DNA of 46,808 nucleotides from Clostridia bacterium (GTDB lineage: Bacteria; Bacillota; Clostridia; Christensenellales; CAG-138). Shown here piece after piece: positions 42,981-46,808 of the stretch. Made by a program: the position numbers and the translations under genes. Position 1 is the stretch's first letter. Every line of letters starts with the position of its first letter. Where the stretch lies: contig JAEDJH010000002.1 of NCBI GenBank assembly GCA_016296415.1, positions 1 to 46,808 on the forward strand, read 5' to 3'. The notes beneath the pieces are model-generated. The model saw nothing but the letters and a program-made list of their open reading frames with translations, was not told where the DNA came from and made no database searches.

Positions 42981-44525
42981 ATGAGCGCGTATGAAATTGA
43001 AATGTTAAACATAACCAAAGAATTCCCGGGAATAAAAGCAAACGACAACATCACCCTGCAGCTTAAGCATGGTGAGATTCATGCTTTACTTGGTGAAAAC
43101 GGAGCGGGTAAATCCACACTGATGAGCGTTCTGTTTGGTTTGTATCAGCCTGACGGCGGGCAAATACTCAAAAACGGCAAGGTTGTTAAAATCAACAACC
43201 CCAACGATGCAAATGACTTAAACATTGGAATGGTTCACCAGCACTTCAAATTGGTTGAGGTGTTCTCGGTGCTTGATAATATTATACTCGGCGTCGAGCC
43301 GAACAAGCTCGGCTTCCTGCGGAAAAAAGAGGCTCGCCAGAGGGTAATGGAGCTTAGTGAAAAGTATAAGCTCATGGTTGATCCCGATGCTATGGTCGAG
43401 GATATTTCCGTCGGTATGCAGCAGCGTGTTGAAATACTCAAGATGCTGTACAGGGACAACGAAATACTTATATTCGACGAACCCACGGCCGTTTTGACTC
43501 CGCAGGAAATTGACGAGCTGATGACGATAATGAAAAACTTTGCCAAGGAAGGCAAGTCGATATTGTTCATCACCCACAAGCTCAACGAGATCATGGCGGT
43601 TGCCGACAGATGTACTGTTTTGAGAAAAGGCAAGTGCATCGGTACGGTCGAAATTAAGGATACAACGAAGGAAGAACTGTCGAGAATGATGGTCGGCAGA
43701 AACGTCAATTTCAAGGTTGACAAGGCCGAAACCGTTCCCGGGGAAGTGGTGTTCAAGGCGGAAAATGTAACCGTTGCATCCAAACGCCACAAAAATAATG
43801 CCGTAAAGGACGTTTCCTTTGAGGTAAGAGCAGGCGAGATCGTCTGCCTTGCGGGTATCGAGGGCAACGGACAGACGGAATTTGTACACGCCATAACCGG
43901 ATTGGAAAAAATTTCCGCAGGAAAGGTAACGCTTTGCGGCCACGATATAACCAACGCCACAATAAGACAGCGTTCCCAGTTCGGCATGAGCCATATACCC
44001 GAGGACAGGCATAAGCATGGTCTGGTGCTCGACTACGCTCTTGAGGAAAACCTCGTTCTGCAGCGCTATTGGCAGCCGGAGTTCCAGAAAAACGGCTTCA
44101 TTCGCCATAACGAGGTAAGGGAATATGCAGAAAAGCTGATCGACCAGTACGATATAAGAAGCGGTCAGGGCGCAGTTACCGTGGCAAGAAGCATGTCCGG
44201 CGGCAATCAGCAAAAGGCGATCGTAGCAAGGGAGATCGACAAAAATCCCGAGCTGCTCGTTGCGGTACAGCCTACAAGAGGTCTTGACGTAGGTGCGATA
44301 GAATATATCCACAAACAGCTTGTTGCACAGCGTGACGAGGGTAAAGCGGTGCTTTTGGTCTCGCTTGAGCTTGATGAAGTTATGAACGTAAGCGACACCA
44401 TACTCGTAATGTACGAGGGCGAAATTGTCGGAAGATTCAAGGCGGGAGAAGTCACGGTTGAGGAGCTTGGTCTGTACATGGCCGGCGCAAAGCGTGATAA
44501 CAGGAGGTGTGACAATGAAGATTAA
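42981..44525 (+). CDS. ABC transporter ATP-binding protein (duplicated ATPase, nucleoside/sugar type)
   Basis: Walker A GENGAGKST, signature SVGMQQ / SGGNQQ, Walker B ILIFDEPT, and a degenerate second Walker A. Confidence 0.93.
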   Translation: MSAYEIEMLNITKEFPGIKANDNITLQLKHGEIHALLGENGAGKSTLMSVLFGLYQPDGGQILKNGKVVKINNPNDANDLNIGMVHQHFKLVEVFSVLDNIILGVEPNKLGFLRKKEARQRVMELSEKYKLMVDPDAMVEDISVGMQQRVEILKMLYRDNEILIFDEPTAVLTPQEIDELMTIMKNFAKEGKSILFITHKLNEIMAVADRCTVLRKGKCIGTVEIKDTTKEELSRMMVGRNVNFKVDKAETVPGEVVFKAENVTVASKRHKNNAVKDVSFEVRAGEIVCLAGIEGNGQTEFVHAITGLEKISAGKVTLCGHDITNATIRQRSQFGMSHIPEDRHKHGLVLDYALEENLVLQRYWQPEFQKNGFIRHNEVREYAEKLIDQYDIRSGQGAVTVARSMSGGNQQKAIVAREIDKNPELLVAVQPTRGLDVGAIEYIHKQLVAQRDEGKAVLLVSLELDEVMNVSDTILVMYEGEIVGRFKAGEVTVEELGLYMAGAKRDNRRCDNED

Positions 44526-45693
44526 ACAATTCTTCAGCGGCAAGGCGGCGACGAGCTTTTCGGCATCGCTGCTGTCGATACTTGCGGGACTTGTTTTCGG
44601 TCTGATATTGCTGTTTTGTATAAACGCAGAGGATGCTCTTTACGGCTTCAGCAGACTGATTACCGCCGGTTTTTCATCGACCGGCAAGTTTGCAAAGGTG
44701 CTTTATCAGGCGGCTCCTCTTATAATGACGGGTTTGTCCGTAGGCTTTGCGTTTAAGACGGGTCTGTTCAATATCGGTGCCTCCGGTCAATATACCGTAG
44801 GTGCTTTCGCCGCCTTGCTGTTCGCATTGCAGTTCAAAGCTCCGTGGTATGTGTGCATGCTGGTTGCAATGGTTGCCGGCGCACTGTGGGGTGCAATCCC
44901 CGGCTTCTGCAAGGCATTTTTCAACGTAAATGAGGTTATAACGGCGATCATGTTCAACTGGATCGGTTTGTTTGTGGTCAACCTCAGCGTGTCTAATCTC
45001 CCGAATATGCTTTCGTTTACATACGGCGGCTCCGTCAAAAACATGACGGCTGCGCTGGAGGTTGCAAACCCGGACGCCATAATACCGAAGCTCGGGCTGG
45101 ACAAGCTTCTGGACTCGAGCTACATGAATATAAGCATTTTCATTGCAATCGCCGTTGCGGTGATTATGTGGATATTGCTGAGCAAAACCACTTTCGGCTA
45201 TGAGCTCAAGGCTTGCGGATACAACAAGCATGCAAGCATTTATGCGGGAATAAGCGCAAAAAAGAACATTATTCTCTCTATGGTGATCGCTGGTGCGCTT
45301 GCCGGAATAGGCGGCGGTATCTATTTCCTGAGCGGAACAGCACAGTATTCTATTGAAAAGGTGCTGCTTGATATGGGCTTTAACGGCATATCCGTTGCGC
45401 TTTTGGCTTTGTCCAATCCCATCGGCACAATATTCAGCGCAATATTTATCTCGTATATCCAGGTCGGAGGCGAGGCGATGCAGCCGGAGTTCCAGACCCA
45501 TATTATCGACATAATAATTGCGGTAATAATCTATCTGAGCGCATTCTCTCTGCTGATGAGGAATGTAATCACACGCATCGGAAAGCGGAAGAAGGCACAG
45601 CCGGAGACTGCTGCCGAGCCTGTAACACAGACGCAGGAGGAAAATGCTCTCCCGTCGGACAATACTGAAAATGAAAGCGAGGTAAACAAGTAA
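44515..45693 (+). CDS. ABC transporter permease (BPD_transp_2 type)
   Basis: Multi-TM protein. Start at MKIKQFF (ATG 44515), overlapping the ATPase stop. Hydrophilic C-terminal tail. Confidence 0.88.
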   Translation: MKIKQFFSGKAATSFSASLLSILAGLVFGLILLFCINAEDALYGFSRLITAGFSSTGKFAKVLYQAAPLIMTGLSVGFAFKTGLFNIGASGQYTVGAFAALLFALQFKAPWYVCMLVAMVAGALWGAIPGFCKAFFNVNEVITAIMFNWIGLFVVNLSVSNLPNMLSFTYGGSVKNMTAALEVANPDAIIPKLGLDKLLDSSYMNISIFIAIAVAVIMWILLSKTTFGYELKACGYNKHASIYAGISAKKNIILSMVIAGALAGIGGGIYFLSGTAQYSIEKVLLDMGFNGISVALLALSNPIGTIFSAIFISYIQVGGEAMQPEFQTHIIDIIIAVIIYLSAFSLLMRNVITRIGKRKKAQPETAAEPVTQTQEENALPSDNTENESEVNK

Positions 45694-46730
45694 TGGTAAT
45701 ACTATCCGATATTATCAGCATGACCGTGCTGTTTGCAGTGCCTCTGCTTTTGGTTGCTTTGGGCGGAATGTTCTCGGAGAGAAGCGGTATAATCAACATC
45801 GCTCTTGAGGGTATAATGATAATCGGTGCTCTTGCGGGCTGTCTGTTCATGCGTGCGATAAGCAATGCTCCCTTCGCAGTTGAGGCGCCTCAGTTTGCGA
45901 TGCTGCTGACGATACTCGTTTCGGCACTTTGCGGTGCATTGTTCTCCCTGCTGCTGGCGTTCGCATCCATCAACCTCAGGGCAGACCAGACGATCGGCGG
46001 CACGGCACTCAATATGCTTGCTCCCGCATTTGCGGTAGTGTTGACATGGGCAATACAGGGACAGGGACAGACCACAATACTTATTCCGACATGGGCGAGA
46101 ATATCCCTTCAAAACTTCTCGGACGGCTTTGTCGGCAGCATTTTCGGCGCCGACGCAGGAACAAGATTCTTTGAAGCGCTCGACGGAACGTTCGTCGGAA
46201 ACCTGTTCTTCAAGAGCTTCTACCTTACCACTCCGATAGCATTCGTGCTGCTCATTGCCGCCATAATCGTGATGTACAGAACGAAGCTCGGACTTAGGCT
46301 CCGTTCGTGCGGTGAGCATCCGCAGGCTGCAGATTCGGTCGGAATAAACGTTTATAAGATGCGCTATACGGGAGTATTCATCTCCGGTCTGCTTGGCGGT
46401 ATCGGCGGAATAGCTTATACCATGGCTGCAGGCGCAGGATTCCAGTCTACCGTTGCCGGCTATGGCTTCCTTGCACTGGCGGTTATGATTTTCGGTAACT
46501 GGAAGCCGCTGAACATACTCGGCGCATCGTTCTTCTTTGCTCTGTTCAAGGTCATCGGTTCGTACAGCAGCAGCATACCGTTCCTGCCGAGCTTTGAAAA
46601 TGTTGCGGCAAGCGACTATATTTACCAAATGCTGCCCTATATAGTCACCATGATTATATTGGTGCTTACCTCCAAGAAATCGAGGGCTCCCAAGGCCGAG
46701 GGCATACCTTACGATAAGGGCGCAAGATAA
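45693..46730 (+). CDS. ABC transporter permease (BPD_transp_2 type)
   Basis: Multi-TM protein. TAATG overlap with the preceding permease gene. Confidence 0.88.
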   Translation: MVILSDIISMTVLFAVPLLLVALGGMFSERSGIINIALEGIMIIGALAGCLFMRAISNAPFAVEAPQFAMLLTILVSALCGALFSLLLAFASINLRADQTIGGTALNMLAPAFAVVLTWAIQGQGQTTILIPTWARISLQNFSDGFVGSIFGADAGTRFFEALDGTFVGNLFFKSFYLTTPIAFVLLIAAIIVMYRTKLGLRLRSCGEHPQAADSVGINVYKMRYTGVFISGLLGGIGGIAYTMAAGAGFQSTVAGYGFLALAVMIFGNWKPLNILGASFFFALFKVIGSYSSSIPFLPSFENVAASDYIYQMLPYIVTMIILVLTSKKSRAPKAEGIPYDKGAR

Positions 46731-46744
46731 CCTAAAAGCTGTTT

Positions 46745-46769
46745 TCGGGCAGGTTAGCCTGCCCGATTT
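46745..46769 (+). terminator. Intrinsic terminator of the ABC transporter operon
   Basis: TCGGGCAGG-TTAG-CCTGCCCGA hairpin followed by a short TTT. Confidence 0.5.
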
Positions 46770-46808
46770 GGAAAGCTTCCGCAGAGCATCGGAGGCTTCC
46801 CAAATTCA

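Noticed and set aside
43218-44543. A 441-codon ORF antisense to the ABC ATPase gene; the longest unexplained ORF in the track.
   Set aside because: It lies exactly opposite a gene with unambiguous Walker A/B and signature motifs. It has no RBS and no recognisable motif, and its composition (Leu/Val/Phe/His/Asn-rich) is typical of a shadow frame created by the sense gene's codon bias.
45702-46628. A 308-aa antisense ORF over the second permease. Similar cases are 12685-13518 (PBP), 27624-28502 (vanW), and 30774-31838 / 30843-31739 (AGCS symporter).
   Set aside because: Each one overlaps a confidently assigned gene, lacks an RBS and motifs, and has Arg/His/Cys-rich off-frame composition.
1-46808. 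A window-wide scan for CRISPR arrays, tandem repeats, IS or integrase genes, tRNA/rRNA and abrupt composition changes.
   Set aside because: I saw no regularly spaced direct repeats, no transposase-, recombinase- or phage-like ORFs, and no cloverleaf-like segments. Composition looks uniform apart from short AT-rich promoter regions.

Overview
This is a 46.8-kb, gene-dense chromosomal segment from an endospore-forming Firmicute. It looks Clostridia-like, with roughly 50% GC by eye. I support about 46 CDS. Housekeeping genes: trkA-trkH, plsY, cysS, trpS, a class A PBP, birA, recX, nnr, hflX, yajC, a T-box-controlled hisS-aspS operon, and dnaX. Sporulation and germination loci: a gerA-type germinant-receptor operon, a CotF-like pair, spoVAC-AD-AE, and spoIIGA-sigE. 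There are also several cell-wall enzymes and a BMP-lipoprotein (nucleoside-type) ABC transporter. I recognised no rRNA, tRNA, CRISPR array, transposase, integrase or phage gene. This looks like core genome, not an accessory island. The items most worth a second look are: (1) HflX carries an N-terminal domain with a complete JAMM/MPN+ metalloprotease motif. (2) An unlisted 52-codon two-TM sORF is coupled to the end of the gerA operon. (3) A terminator-like hairpin encloses the gerAA RBS and start codon, and a forespore-type promoter may fire from inside it. (4) The T-box before hisS appears to read tRNA-Asp. (5) A nucleoside 2-deoxyribosyltransferase-like gene heads the trkAH operon, behind a triplicated GGTGTTAT motif and a Met-Pro-stop mini-ORF. 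(6) A translationally coupled DUF2156 / Eis-like GNAT pair sits where sigG usually follows sigE. Every functional call comes from motif recognition by eye; no database search was run.
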